NCBI GenBank assembly: GCA_963816395.1
Contig: CAWFKQ010000016.1
Span: 576,001 to 640,000 of the forward strand
DNA from: an uncultured delta proteobacterium
Lineage (GTDB): Bacteria > Desulfobacterota > Desulfuromonadia > Desulfuromonadales > JACZKF01
Direction: 5' to 3'
Length of the DNA: 64,000 nt
Part shown: positions 43,026 through 53,698 of the stretch, one piece after another
Layout of the letters: each line of letters begins with the position of its first letter
Position numbering within the stretch: position 1 is the first letter of the stretch
The notes under the pieces: generated by a model
Told to the model about the DNA's origin: nothing
Seen by the model: only the letters and a program-made list of their open reading frames with translations
The model's database searches: none
Position numbers and translations under genes: made by a program

Positions 43026-43038
43026 TAAGTAGTTGAAT
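43026..43038 (-). promoter_or_regulatory. candidate IHF site
   Basis: ATTCAACTACTTA vs WATCAANNNNTTR (1 mismatch), located between promoter and UAS. Confidence 0.5.
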
Positions 43039-43117
43039 TATAAAGAGTTGGTGATCTCGGAGGCCCGGCATCCCCTTCCCATGGTCGAGTGCTGAGCCCT
43101 GGCCGGGAGGCAGGAGG

Positions 43118-43175
43118 TGAGCAAATTTATTCATTTCGTCAGTGTCCGTTTATTCTTTTTTCATCATTTGATGAA
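43118..43175. promoter_or_regulatory. two XylR/DmpR-type upstream activating sequences
   Basis: TGAGCAAATTTATTCA (43118-43133, imperfect) and TTCATCATTTGATGAA (43160-43175, perfect IR). Confidence 0.65.
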
Positions 43176-43502
43176 TTTTCCGGACTGGTAGCGGAAACAT
43201 CGTACTGAGATTCCTGGGAAGGGAACTGTTATTGAGGCCGGACGCCTCGCAGGAGGTTGCCAGATGCAGATGGCGATCTGACGAATGTCTTGATTTCTTT
43301 GGAATTACCAGCTCCAAGCCTCTGAATGATAGCGTATGGTCACTCTAAAAAGCGCTGGGCAGTCCCGGGAGAATCCCTTCCGACTTGCATTAATGGTAAA
43401 AAGGTGTGATATATAACAATGTTTTGTGCGATGAACTCCAGTGCGTCCCCCCCGACGCCTTCCAAAACGCGGCAAAGGCCTAATAAGGGAGAGAGGTAGG
43501 CC

Positions 43503-45206
43503 ATGAGCAAACCCCGCAGAATAAAAAGAATAACCCGCGATGCGAATAGCGACGATTTGCGTGGGCTGCTGCATTTCTGTGCCGAAACCGGCCAGATTTG
43601 GCTCGACGAACACCGCATGCTCCTGGTTCATGCCGAGGCCCAGGGCTGCATGCGCAAGGAGCTGATTAACACCCTGGGCATGGACCGTGGCCGCGGGCTT
43701 CTCCTCCGCATGGGCTTTGCCTCAGGTATGCACGATGCAGAGGTTTTCAGCAGGCGCGACCAGGGGGCGAGTGATCACGAAGCCTTCATGATCGGCACAC
43801 GACTCCATACCCTAGAGGGAATCGTCAAAGTTACTACGACAAGACTGGAAGCTGACCGCGGCGCCGGCAAGTACTACGGCGAGTTTCTCTGGGAAAACTC
43901 CTGGGAGGGTCAATGGCACCGCAAACATCATGGAATTTCCTCTGAGCCGGTCTGCTGGAGCCAGCTCGGCTATGCCTGCGGCTACACCACGGCGCTGATG
44001 GGGCGAACGATCCTGTACAAGGAAGTCGAGTGTGTCGGGATGGGGAACAACACCTGCCGCATCATCGGCAAGCCCATAGAGGAATGGGAAGATGCGGCGA
44101 ACTACACCCGTATCTTCAACGGCGAATCGATCCTCGAGGAGCTCATCGACCTGCAGAACCAGGTCGTTCAGCTGCGTTCGGCCATAGGAAAAAGGAAAAG
44201 CTCCCCTCCGATGTGATAGGCAACTCCCCCCCCTTCCGTGCCGCCTATGACCTGCTCATTCAGGCGGCGGAGGATAGTGAGATTACGGTACTGCTGCAAG
44301 GGGAGACCGGGGTCGGCAAGGAAGTATTCGCCCGCTCCCTGCATGATATGGGGAGCCGCCGAAGCGCGCCTTTCATCGCCATCAACTGCGCAGCCATCCC
44401 TCACGATCTGGTGGAATCGGAGCTTTTCGGAGAGAAAAGGGGGCCTACACCGGCGCCTTGACTGCCCGCCCCGGCCGCTTTGAGAGGGCTCATGGGGCAC
44501 GCTGTTCTGGACGAACGCGGGACTCCCTTTCTGCACAGGCCAAGCTGCTGCGCGTCCTGCAGGAGGGTGAGATCGAGCGGCTCGTGACTGAAAAACGCAA
44601 GATCAACGTCAGACTGGTCGCTGCGACCAACATCGACCTGCGACAGCTGATAAAGGACGGCAAGTTCCGTTCGGACCTCTATTACCGGCTGAACGCGTTC
44701 CAGATCTATATCCCGCCAATTAGAGAGCGCAAGGAAGATATTTTGCTTCTCGCCGAGCGCTTTCTGGAGAAATATTCTGTTGTCCGCGGCAAGAAGTTGC
44801 TCGGATTCACCGATAAAGCAAGCGGGCCCTCCTTGATTATTCCTGGCCGGGGAACATCCGCGAACTGCAGAACATGGTCGAGCGCGGCGTTATTCTCGCC
44901 CCAAGCGGTACCCGTATCGAACTGGAGCAGATGTTCTCGGCGAGCTGCGACGCCCATGCCAAGGAATTCGGTCTCGACGGCAGTGGCGGTCTCGTCATGG
45001 ACGCCCCGGAAGCCGGCGACGATCAACCCGGCAAAGATCTTTACGAGTCCGTCCTGAATGGCAAGATGACTCTTGGCGAAGCGGAGGCGAGATTGATCGA
45101 AGCTGCGGTGAAAAAGGCCAACGGGAACCTCTCCGCAGCGGCGAGGTTGCTCGGCCTGACCCGGCCGCAATTGTCCTATCGCCTTGGGCCGGCTGCACGA
45201 AAATAA
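43503..45206 (+). CDS. XylR/DmpR/PoxR-family phenol-responsive sigma54 activator; frameshifted
   Basis: GQIWLDEHRMLLVH (XylR_N), PVCW..GYACGY..KEVEC..C (V4R), GETGVGKE, QAKLLRVLQE, FRSDLYYRL, GNLSAAARLLGLTRPQLSYRL HTH across 4 ORFs. Confidence 0.9.
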
Positions 45207-45561
45207 ACCAGAGCGTCCGGATATCGGCTGGCTACCGCTTAAAGTGAAGCGAGGGGCGATCCTCAAAAATGAAGGACTCTGCTGAGGAAATGCGCCGGTA
45301 ATCGATCGGCTTCAATGTCTCCGAAGGGCCGCCTGATTTCGAAAAGGAGCCCGCTCTAGAACATTGTGCTAAAATTTGGTTGAGCAATGCGCATTTCCAT
45401 GATAGCCTTGGTCAGTCTGCGAAATGCCTTTTTACCACCGATTCGACTTTCTTTTACAACATGTTATTTGCTGAAATGGCTCCGCTCCCAGGCGTAAGGG
45501 ATGAGCATTCACCAGACAGCCAGAGAGTCACCAAACCAAAAACAGAAAAGGAGAGAAATGC

Positions 45562-46596
45562 ATGAAGACAAAGTTTTTTGTTAGCGGTTTTTCCATCCTC
45601 CTGATTGCTGTATTGACCTGCGGCACGGTCTTTGCCGGCGATCCCCTCGAGAACTGGAAGCCCAAATTCGACCCCAGCAAGGCCGAATACACCTATCTGC
45701 TGTCCAATATTTCCCATCCGGCCATTGCCGGCGTGGCCAACGGCTATCACATCCGCGACGAGGTCTGGAAGCGCAGCAACGGCCGCCTTTATGTCGATTA
45801 TCGTCCCCTGGCCCAGCTGGGCGGCGAAAAAGACGTGATCAGCAAGCTGAAAATGGGCGCCGTCAACGGGATGCTCATCTCCTCGGTGGCCGCCGCCAAT
45901 ATCGCCCCCAAACTGGGGGTGGTGAATCTGCCGTATGTCGTCAACACCTTCGATAAGCTCGATAAATTCCGTAATGACAAGGAACTCTTCGGGGAATTTG
46001 CCAATTCCACCCTGCCCCAGGGACTGATGACCGTCGATATCGTCGGCTACGGCACCTACGGCTGGGCCACCACGCAGCCGGTACCCAACCTTGAGGCAGC
46101 CAAGCAGATCAACTTCCGTATTGCGGAAGCGCCGGTCAACGCCGATATCTACAAGGCCTGGGGCTTCAAATTCACCGTCATGCCCTGGCCGGATGTTCCG
46201 CAGGCCCTGCAGACCGGAGTCATCAATGGCCTGGATCACACCGCCATCGTCTGCAACCTCACCAAGAAATTCGAAGTGGCCAAAAATTTCACTCAGGTCG
46301 ATTACGCCCAGGGTCTTTTCGTTCACATCATGAACAAGCGCTGGTTCGATCGGCTCCCTGCTGACCTGCAGAAAATCCTCCTGGACGTGATTCACGAGGA
46401 AAGCGCCAAGACCCGTGCAGCGACCCGCGAGCAGCAGGACGCCCAGATTGCCGCCGCCAAGGCCAAGGGCGTCCAGTTCTTCGAACTTTCCGCCGCCGAT
46501 AAGGCAAAGCTGACCGAGGAGGCCGCCCCGGTCTATGCGGAATGGAGCAAGCTGGTCGGGAAGGATTATCTCGACAAGCTGCGCAAAGATCTTTAA
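45562..46596 (+). CDS. dctP: TRAP transporter substrate-binding protein
   Basis: Signal peptide, AQLGGEKDV, FRIAE (conserved Arg), MPWPDVPQALQTGVING, FDRLPADLQ. Confidence 0.9.
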   Translation: MKTKFFVSGFSILLIAVLTCGTVFAGDPLENWKPKFDPSKAEYTYLLSNISHPAIAGVANGYHIRDEVWKRSNGRLYVDYRPLAQLGGEKDVISKLKMGAVNGMLISSVAAANIAPKLGVVNLPYVVNTFDKLDKFRNDKELFGEFANSTLPQGLMTVDIVGYGTYGWATTQPVPNLEAAKQINFRIAEAPVNADIYKAWGFKFTVMPWPDVPQALQTGVINGLDHTAIVCNLTKKFEVAKNFTQVDYAQGLFVHIMNKRWFDRLPADLQKILLDVIHEESAKTRAATREQQDAQIAAAKAKGVQFFELSAADKAKLTEEAAPVYAEWSKLVGKDYLDKLRKDL

Positions 46597-46615
46597 AGAC
46601 CCTTCTTTCATGCAG

Positions 46616-46651
46616 AAACAAAAGCCCGCCGACATGGCGGGCTTTTTGTTT
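46616..46651 (+). terminator. intrinsic terminator after dctP
   Basis: aaacaaaagcccgcc-gacat-ggcgggctttttgttt. Confidence 0.85.
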
Positions 46652-47241
46652 GGACGGCTGTTCATGACGGGGGAAGGGCGGAGGACGTGAGGCAGGATCC
46701 ACATACAACAGTGACGGATAGCGCCGTCGGGCTTTCCGGAAGGTTTTTACTTTTCCGGATCTTCGAGCTTTCGTGACTGACAGGGGAATTTCTTCCTGCC
46801 CGACATCGAGTCGATCGCTCTACTTTCCCACTCGGCGTTTCCGTCACCGTTTGATAAAAAGCCTATCGCAGCCGGGAAGGATGTCAAGCGACAAAATAAG
46901 ACTGAGAATCGGTTACTTGCAAGCTCCTGAAATGGTTGTCGGAAAGGCGCATCCGCCCGGCGCCCCTCTTTACCATTGACCGGTTTACCGACTATATTTA
47001 AAGAAAAAGTCCTGCAGGCCACCTGAAAAGCATCTTAACGATTTCGCGACACAGAGTCGCTGAGGCGCAGAGAAAATCCGTGAGCAAATTTTCGTTACAG
47101 CGTTCTCGACTGTCTCTGTGCGCTCTGTTAAAATCCTTGTCATTTTCGGCTATACGAGACCTTTTCAATGCAGAGGCACAGGACGGTGTGCTTGTCCGGG
47201 GGAGTAATCAAGGGCCGGCCAACGGCGGCCTGGGGGAGGCA

Positions 47242-49119
47242 ATGGAAGTGGACGGGAAGATCTCGGAACTCTTCAGGCGGAAACTGGTGACCGCGGACGA
47301 GGCGGTACGCCACATCCAGTCGGGCTGGCGGGTGTTCGTCGGCTCTGGGTGTGCCGTGCCGCAGCAGCTGCTGGCGGCGCTCTGTCGCCATGCTCCGATG
47401 CTGCACGATGTCGAGTTGATCCATCTTTTCACCCTCGGCATGGCCGACTACGTCGATGAGCGCTATGCCGGTCATTTCCGGCACAACGCTTTTTTCATCG
47501 GCGAAAACGTGCGCCAGGCGGTCAGCGAGGGGAGGGCCGATTACACGCCGATCTTTCTCAGCGAGATTCCCGAATTGATCCGCCGCGGCCAGCGGGGCAA
47601 CCAGGCGGCCCTGCTGCAGGTTTCGCCGCCCGACCGGCACGGCTACTGCAGCCTGGGGATCAATGTGGATATCCAGAAGGCGGGGCTGGAGCGAGCCGGC
47701 CTGGTCATCGCCGAGGTCAATCCCCATATGCCGCGGACCTTCGGCGGCAGCGACGTGCACCTGAGCCGGATCGATTTTCTGGTGGAGGTGGATAGCCCGA
47801 TCCTGGAGGTGCACGACGAGGAACCGGATGAAGTGGCCATGCAGATCGGCTATCACATCTCGCGCCTGGTGGAAAACGGCAGCTGCCTGCAGATGGGCAT
47901 CGGTACCCTGCCGAAAAGTGTGCTCAGGTTTCTCGACGACAAGCGCAGCCTCGGCCTGCACACGGAGATGTTCGGCGACGGCGTCCTGCCGCTGCTGGCG
48001 AACGGCAATATCAGCAACCAGCTGAAGAAGGTCCACCCGGGCAAGACGACGACCAGCTTCGTCATGGGCAGCCGCACCCTTTACGATTTCGTCGACGACA
48101 ATCCCGGCGTCCTCTTCTTCCCTTCCGATTTCATCAACGATCCCCGGGTGATCGCCCAGAACGACAAGGTGGTGGCGATCAATTCGGCGGTGCAGGTCGA
48201 TCTCACCGGCCAGGTCTGTGCCGACAGCCTGGGTTACCGGTTCTACAGCGGCATCGGCGGGCAGGTGGATTTCATCCGGGGCGCCGCCATGAGCCGCGGC
48301 GGCAAGCCCATCGTCGCCCTGCGCAGCACCGCCAAAGACGGTACGCTGAGCCGCATCGTGCACCGTCTCGACGACGGCGCCGGCGTGGTCACCAGCCGCG
48401 GCGATGTCCATTACGTGGTGACCGAGTACGGGGTGGCCTACCTGCACGGCAAGACGATACGGGAGCGGGCCCTGGCCCTGATCTCCATCGCTCATCCCGA
48501 TTTCCGCCAGGACCTGCTCGATTTCGTCAAGCAGAAGCACTATGTCTACGAGGATGAACAGGTCTGGCAGCAGGCCCTCGACCGCTATCCGAAAGATCTC
48601 GAGGAAACCCGGCGGTTCGGCAGCCGGCAGCTGCTGGTGCGCCCCCTGAAGGCGACCGACGAGCGCCTGCTGCAGGAATTCTTCTACAGCCATCAGCCGG
48701 AGACGATCTATAAACGTTATTTTGCCCCCAAGCGCCAACTGGCGCATCGGGAAGCGGCCAAGCTGTGCTGCGTCAACTACCGCAACCGCATGGCGCTGGC
48801 CGCCTTTCAGCGAGAAGGGCAGGGGGAGAAGATTGTGGCCGTGGCCCGCTATGAGGCCGATCCGCGCAGCAATACGGCGGAAACCGCCGCCGTGGTGCAC
48901 GAGGACTTCCGCCATCTCGGCATTGCCGGCTACCTGCTCGCCCAGCTGGAACGCCAGGCCATTCGCCAGGGGATCGAGGGCTTCCGCTCCGAGGTGCTGC
49001 CGAGCAACGAGGCGATTCTGAAGTATCACCGGTCCCGCGGTCATTCCGTGAACTACTCACGGGAAACGGAAACCTACCACATCGAATATCGATTTGACCG
49101 CCAACCGGCAAAGGAGTGA
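47242..49119 (+). CDS. acetyl-CoA hydrolase/CoA-transferase fused to C-terminal GNAT acetyltransferase
   Basis: QMGIG, LGLHTE, INSAVQVDLTGQV, GIGGQVDF, VTEYGVA; then VRPLKATDE, IVAVARY, AETAAVVHEDFRHLGIA; ggagg RBS. Confidence 0.88.
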   Translation: MEVDGKISELFRRKLVTADEAVRHIQSGWRVFVGSGCAVPQQLLAALCRHAPMLHDVELIHLFTLGMADYVDERYAGHFRHNAFFIGENVRQAVSEGRADYTPIFLSEIPELIRRGQRGNQAALLQVSPPDRHGYCSLGINVDIQKAGLERAGLVIAEVNPHMPRTFGGSDVHLSRIDFLVEVDSPILEVHDEEPDEVAMQIGYHISRLVENGSCLQMGIGTLPKSVLRFLDDKRSLGLHTEMFGDGVLPLLANGNISNQLKKVHPGKTTTSFVMGSRTLYDFVDDNPGVLFFPSDFINDPRVIAQNDKVVAINSAVQVDLTGQVCADSLGYRFYSGIGGQVDFIRGAAMSRGGKPIVALRSTAKDGTLSRIVHRLDDGAGVVTSRGDVHYVVTEYGVAYLHGKTIRERALALISIAHPDFRQDLLDFVKQKHYVYEDEQVWQQALDRYPKDLEETRRFGSRQLLVRPLKATDERLLQEFFYSHQPETIYKRYFAPKRQLAHREAAKLCCVNYRNRMALAAFQREGQGEKIVAVARYEADPRSNTAETAAVVHEDFRHLGIAGYLLAQLERQAIRQGIEGFRSEVLPSNEAILKYHRSRGHSVNYSRETETYHIEYRFDRQPAKE

Positions 49120-49405
49120 AAGGCCGTCCGGTAAAAAGCCGGTTGTCAAATTAAAAAAGGATTTCTCTTGCCCCTCGCTTTGGCGACAGCGATGGCTGGT
49201 AATCGCGCTTTCCTCTTCGAAGCCACTGATGATGTTTCCCCCCTCTGTCGCCTCCTGCACCCAGCTGTAACAGGTACTTCCGTCTGAAATGCAATAGGTT
49301 GCACCCTGCTGTTCGAAAACAGGACGGCTCTTTTCTCATAGAGCAGGTGCTAAATCGCCATTCCCGCCGGGAGAGAGGAATGATTGGCGGAATCGTAATG
49401 GCCTG

Positions 49406-49434
49406 TTGACAAAAATAGAACAGTGTATTAAATT
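49406..49434 (+). promoter_or_regulatory. candidate sigma70 promoter upstream of the ABC importer
   Basis: TTGACA-17 bp-TAAATT. Confidence 0.55.
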
Positions 49435-49779
49435 TTCAAGAAAGAGGTATGTGAATGCCTATTTTTTTGCTTTCGGACAGAAGGGGAATTTTTAGGTTGC
49501 TGAAACGGCAAGAAAGACCATCTTTGTTCCTCCCTCCGGGCAGACCTGACCAGGGGGAAAAGACCCTGCACCATGCCCGTCCCCCCCTGCTATTCACCTT
49601 TGCCGCCATCGAAAGGTTCATGCCAACCTTCAAGCGGCTCCAGTTGCAGGCACTGGCGCCGATATGGCCGGATTTTCCTTTGCGCCGTCTGTGCGCATGA
49701 CCAAGCCTTACCAAACGACCGGGTAGCAGCTGACAGGCGGTCAGCCGTGAATCCCGGCCTAACGTGAGAGGATGACAAG

Positions 49780-50985
49780 ATGGCCAAAAAGAAAAGGTCG
49801 GTAATCTCCAGGCGTGATTTCATCAAAGGGACGGTTGGTGGAATCGCCGCGGCATCCATTTTCATCCCGCCGCGTTTTGCGATTGGCGGCCAGGCCAAGG
49901 TCAAGGTTGGTTTTCTGCTCCCCTACACCGGCACCTATGCCAAGCTGGGCACCTTCTGTCGCGATTCGTTGAAGCTGCGCCTGTCGGAGGCCGGCAACAA
50001 GCTGGGCGGACGAGAGATCGAGTACATCGATGTCGACAGTGAGGCCAATCCGGCCAAGGCGCCGGAATTGATCAACCGGCTGCTCAAGAGGGACAAAGTC
50101 GATTTTCTGGTCGGGCCGGTGCATTCCGGCGTCGGCATGGTCATGGTCAAGATGGCCCGCGGCGATGACGGCCCCATCACCGTCATTCCCAATGCCGGTG
50201 CCGACCAGCTGACCGGCTCTCTCTGCGCCCCGAACATCTTCCGCACCTCTTTCTCCAGCTATCAGATGGGCTATCCGGGCGGCCCGGCGATGCTGCAGGA
50301 CGGTCACAAGCGGGTGGTCCTGGTCTACTGGAACTACGGCTTCGGCAAGGAAGTCGCCGCGGCCTTCAAGAAGTCCTTTGTGCCGGCGGGGGGCACCCTG
50401 GTCAAGGAGATCGCCACCCCCTTCCCGGCAGTGGACTTCCAGGCCTACCTGACCGAGCTGGCTGCCCTCAAGCCGGATGCGATTTACACGTTTTATGCCG
50501 GGGGCGGCGCCGTCAAGTTCGTCAAGGACTTCGCCGCTGCCGGGCTGAAGGACTCCATCAAACTCTACGGCGCCGGCTTCATTACCGAGGGGGTGATCAA
50601 GGCCCAGGGCGCCGCCGCCGAAGGGGTGCGCTCCGTTCTGCACTATGCCGATACCCTGGATATCCCGGAGAACCATCGGTTCCGTGCCGCCTTCAAGAAG
50701 GCCACCGGCCAAGAGGCCGACGTCTATGCCGTCCAGGGATACGATGCCGGGGAACTCATCCTCCGGGGCATGGAGGCGGTCAAGGGGGATACCGGCGCCC
50801 GCGCCGAAATGATCCGGGCCATGGAAACGGCCGAAATCGCCAGCCCGCGCGGCAGGCTGCGTTTTTCCCCTTCGCATAATCCGATCCAAGATATTTACCT
50901 GCGCGAAGTGATCAACGGCGAGAATCGGGTCATCCGGGTCGCCGCCAAGGACCAGAGCGATCCGGCCGAAGGCTGTTCGATGTAG
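49780..50985 (+). CDS. ABC transporter substrate-binding protein, aromatic-acid (benzoate/4-hydroxybenzoate-type) LivJ-fold, Tat signal
   Basis: SRRDFIK; GFLLPYTGTYA, LVGPVHSGV, IPNAGAD, CAPNIFRTSFS, YAVQGYD, SPRG, HNPIQDIYLRE. Confidence 0.87.
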   Translation: MAKKKRSVISRRDFIKGTVGGIAAASIFIPPRFAIGGQAKVKVGFLLPYTGTYAKLGTFCRDSLKLRLSEAGNKLGGREIEYIDVDSEANPAKAPELINRLLKRDKVDFLVGPVHSGVGMVMVKMARGDDGPITVIPNAGADQLTGSLCAPNIFRTSFSSYQMGYPGGPAMLQDGHKRVVLVYWNYGFGKEVAAAFKKSFVPAGGTLVKEIATPFPAVDFQAYLTELAALKPDAIYTFYAGGGAVKFVKDFAAAGLKDSIKLYGAGFITEGVIKAQGAAAEGVRSVLHYADTLDIPENHRFRAAFKKATGQEADVYAVQGYDAGELILRGMEAVKGDTGARAEMIRAMETAEIASPRGRLRFSPSHNPIQDIYLREVINGENRVIRVAAKDQSDPAEGCSM

Positions 50986-51059
50986 TGTCTCTCCCTCCCG
51001 CCCGGCGAACCGGTCCGGGGCGCCGGGCGGAACCCCACAAATGCTGAAAAGAGTTGAGA

Positions 51060-51929
51060 ATGGAAAGTTCCTTTTATCTGGTGCAGCTCCTGAATGCCGT
51101 TCAGTACGGCTTCCTCCTGTTCCTCGTGGCCAGCGGCCTGACCCTGCTCTTCGGCATCATGGGGATCATCAACCTGGCGCACGGCTCCTTCTATATGATC
51201 GGCGCCTACCTGGCCTACTGGTTGTCCGGGCTGACCGGCAGCCTCTGGCTCGGCATCCTGCTGGGGCTTCCCATCGCCCTGCTCCTGGGCTACCTGGTGG
51301 AGCGTTTCGCCATTTCCTTTCTCTACCGGCGGGACCATCTCTATCAGGTCCTGCTCACCTTTGCCCTGATTCTCATCTTCAACGAATTACAGAGGATACT
51401 GTGGGGGAATAATGTCCACGGGGTGGCGATACCGGCGGCACTGGCCGGCTCGATCCCCCTGACCGAGAATCAGAGTTATCCGGTCTATCGCCTGTTCATT
51501 TCGGGCGGCTGCATCGCCATTGCCGCCGCCATGTACTGGGTGCTGCAGAAGACCCGGCTGGGGATGATGATCCGCGCCGGTGCCAGCAATCGGGAAATGG
51601 TTCAGGCCCTCGGCATCAACGTGAACCGGCTGTTCGCCATCGTCTTCAGCCTGGGGGTTGCCCTGGCCGCCTTTGCCGGAATGCTGGCGTCGCCGGTGGA
51701 TTCGGTTTACCCGGGGATGGGAGAAAACATCCTGATCATCTCCTTTGTCGTGGTGGTTATCGGCGGCACCGGCTCCATCAAGGGAGCTTTCGTCGGCGCC
51801 ATGCTGATCGGGCTGGTGAGCACTTTCGGCAAGGTTCTGCTGCCCGAGATGGCCAGCGTGACGGTCTATGCGCTGATGGCGTTGATTCTGCTCTGGCGGC
51901 CACAGGGGATTTTCGGGAGGAGAGCCTGA
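51060..51929 (+). CDS. branched-chain-type ABC permease (LivH-like)
   Basis: FLVASGLTLLFGIMGIINLAHGSFYM, VVVVIGG, PQGIFG. Confidence 0.92.
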   Translation: MESSFYLVQLLNAVQYGFLLFLVASGLTLLFGIMGIINLAHGSFYMIGAYLAYWLSGLTGSLWLGILLGLPIALLLGYLVERFAISFLYRRDHLYQVLLTFALILIFNELQRILWGNNVHGVAIPAALAGSIPLTENQSYPVYRLFISGGCIAIAAAMYWVLQKTRLGMMIRAGASNREMVQALGINVNRLFAIVFSLGVALAAFAGMLASPVDSVYPGMGENILIISFVVVVIGGTGSIKGAFVGAMLIGLVSTFGKVLLPEMASVTVYALMALILLWRPQGIFGRRA

Positions 51930-51930
51930 G

Positions 51931-52947
51931 ATGCGGTCGATGAGCCGTTTCCTGCCGTTGCTGCTGGCGCTCCTCGCCCTGGCGCTGTTTCCTCTCTTCG
52001 GTTCCAGTTACTATGTGGGACTGCTGACCCGCATCCTCATCCTGGGCATTTTGGCCATGAGTCTGGATCTGTTGATCGGCTTTACCGGTCTGGTCAGTTT
52101 CGGTCATGCCGCTTTTTACGGAGTCGGCGCCTACGCTTTTGCCATCGCCTTCCAGGATGCCGGCGTTATTCACCTGTGGCAGGCGCTTCCCCTCTCCCTG
52201 GCGGCGGCCGCTCTGGCGGCTCTGGTGATCGGCTGGATCAGCATCCGCACCAGCGGCATCTATTTCATCATGATCACCCTTGCCTTCGCCCAGATGTTCT
52301 TCTACTTTTTCTTCGAGTCGCCCCGCTTCGGCGGCGATGACGGCATCTTCCTGTTCCTGAAACCGGTGCTGACTTTCGGTTCCCAGGATCTCCTGAACCT
52401 GGAGAAGGAGATTCATTTCTACTATTTCACCCTGGGCTGCATGGCCCTCGCCTATCTGTTCCTGGCAATGATCCTGCGTGCCCCTTTCGGCCGGGTGATC
52501 ACGGCGATTCGTGCCAATGAGCATCGGGTTCGCGCCCTGGGGTATGCCACCAACCGGTATAAGCTGGTGAGCTTCGTGATCGCCGGCACCCTGGCGGGGT
52601 TGGCCGGCTTTCTGGAGGCTACCCACACCGGCTATATCAATCCGGCCTACATGAGCTGGCATGAATCCGGGGTTGTCATCGCCATCGTCATTCTGGGCGG
52701 CATGGGAACGCTCTACGGCCCGCTGCTCGGCGCCTTCATCGTCGTCCTGCTGCAGACTTTCCTTCCGGACCTGACTTCGCACTGGCAGCTGTTGTTCGGC
52801 GGCATCGTGATCGCCGTGGTGCTCTTCCTCCCGCACGGCGTCGCCAGCCTGTTTCCCAGCTCGGCGGCTCTGGTTCGGGGGTGGCTCGGTCGGAACCCGC
52901 CGGCGGAGAGTAACCTGGTCGTGAGGAAGGAGGGTTCTCATGAGTGA
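51931..52947 (+). CDS. branched-chain-type ABC permease (LivM-like)
   Basis: GFTGLVSFGHAAF, YFIMITLAFAQ, AIRANE, ILGGMGTLYG. Confidence 0.92.
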   Translation: MRSMSRFLPLLLALLALALFPLFGSSYYVGLLTRILILGILAMSLDLLIGFTGLVSFGHAAFYGVGAYAFAIAFQDAGVIHLWQALPLSLAAAALAALVIGWISIRTSGIYFIMITLAFAQMFFYFFFESPRFGGDDGIFLFLKPVLTFGSQDLLNLEKEIHFYYFTLGCMALAYLFLAMILRAPFGRVITAIRANEHRVRALGYATNRYKLVSFVIAGTLAGLAGFLEATHTGYINPAYMSWHESGVVIAIVILGGMGTLYGPLLGAFIVVLLQTFLPDLTSHWQLLFGGIVIAVVLFLPHGVASLFPSSAALVRGWLGRNPPAESNLVVRKEGSHE

Positions 52948-53698
52948 AACGATCCTGCAGACCCGGGGACTGAGCAAGAGCTTCGGCGGCCTGATTGCTA
53001 CCAACGATGTTTCCCTGGAGTTCGCCCGCGGCCAGGTGCACGCAATCATCGGGCCCAACGGCGCCGGCAAGACCACCCTGATCAACCTGCTCTCTGGCGA
53101 TCTGCTGCCGAACGCCGGCGCCATTCTCTTCAAAGAGAGCGATATCACCCGCCTTCCGCCCAACCGGGTCTCCCAACTCGGCATCGGCCGCAGTTACCAG
53201 AAAACCAACATCTTTCCCCAGTTCACCTGTTTCGAGAATTGCTGGGTCGCCGCTCAGTCGCGCCTCAACACCTCGATGCGTTTCTTCCGCCCCGCCTCGC
53301 ACCGGCGGGATGTGCGGGAACGCACTGAACGGGCGCTGGAACTCTGCGGCCTCGGCAAACGCTGCTACACGCTGGCCGCGGCCATGAGCTATGGCGAGCA
53401 GCGGCAGCTGGAAATCGGCATGATGCTGGCCACGGAGCCGGAACTGCTGCTGCTGGATGAGCCCCTCGCCGGCATGGGGAGTGAGGAATCGCAGCAGGTG
53501 ATCGCCCTGTTGCGCCGTCTGGCCGAGGGACATACGCTGATTCTCATCGAGCACGACATGGATGCCGTCTTCTCCATCGCCGAGCGGCTGACGGTAATGG
53601 TCAACGGCCGGGTGCTGGAGACGGGGACGGTCGAACAGATACGCAACAGTCAGGCGGTACAGGAGGCCTACCTGGGCGTCGACGAGGAGGTGGCCTGA
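52940..53698 (+). CDS. ABC ATP-binding protein (LivG-like)
   Basis: GPNGAGKT, SYGEQRQLE, LLLDEP, IEHDM. Confidence 0.94.
   Translation: MSETILQTRGLSKSFGGLIATNDVSLEFARGQVHAIIGPNGAGKTTLINLLSGDLLPNAGAILFKESDITRLPPNRVSQLGIGRSYQKTNIFPQFTCFENCWVAAQSRLNTSMRFFRPASHRRDVRERTERALELCGLGKRCYTLAAAMSYGEQRQLEIGMMLATEPELLLLDEPLAGMGSEESQQVIALLRRLAEGHTLILIEHDMDAVFSIAERLTVMVNGRVLETGTVEQIRNSQAVQEAYLGVDEEVA

Noticed and set aside
49120..49780. Small ORFs or a riboswitch in the 660-bp intergenic region
   Set aside because: No recognisable protein or RNA motif; an Rfam/Infernal scan would be needed.
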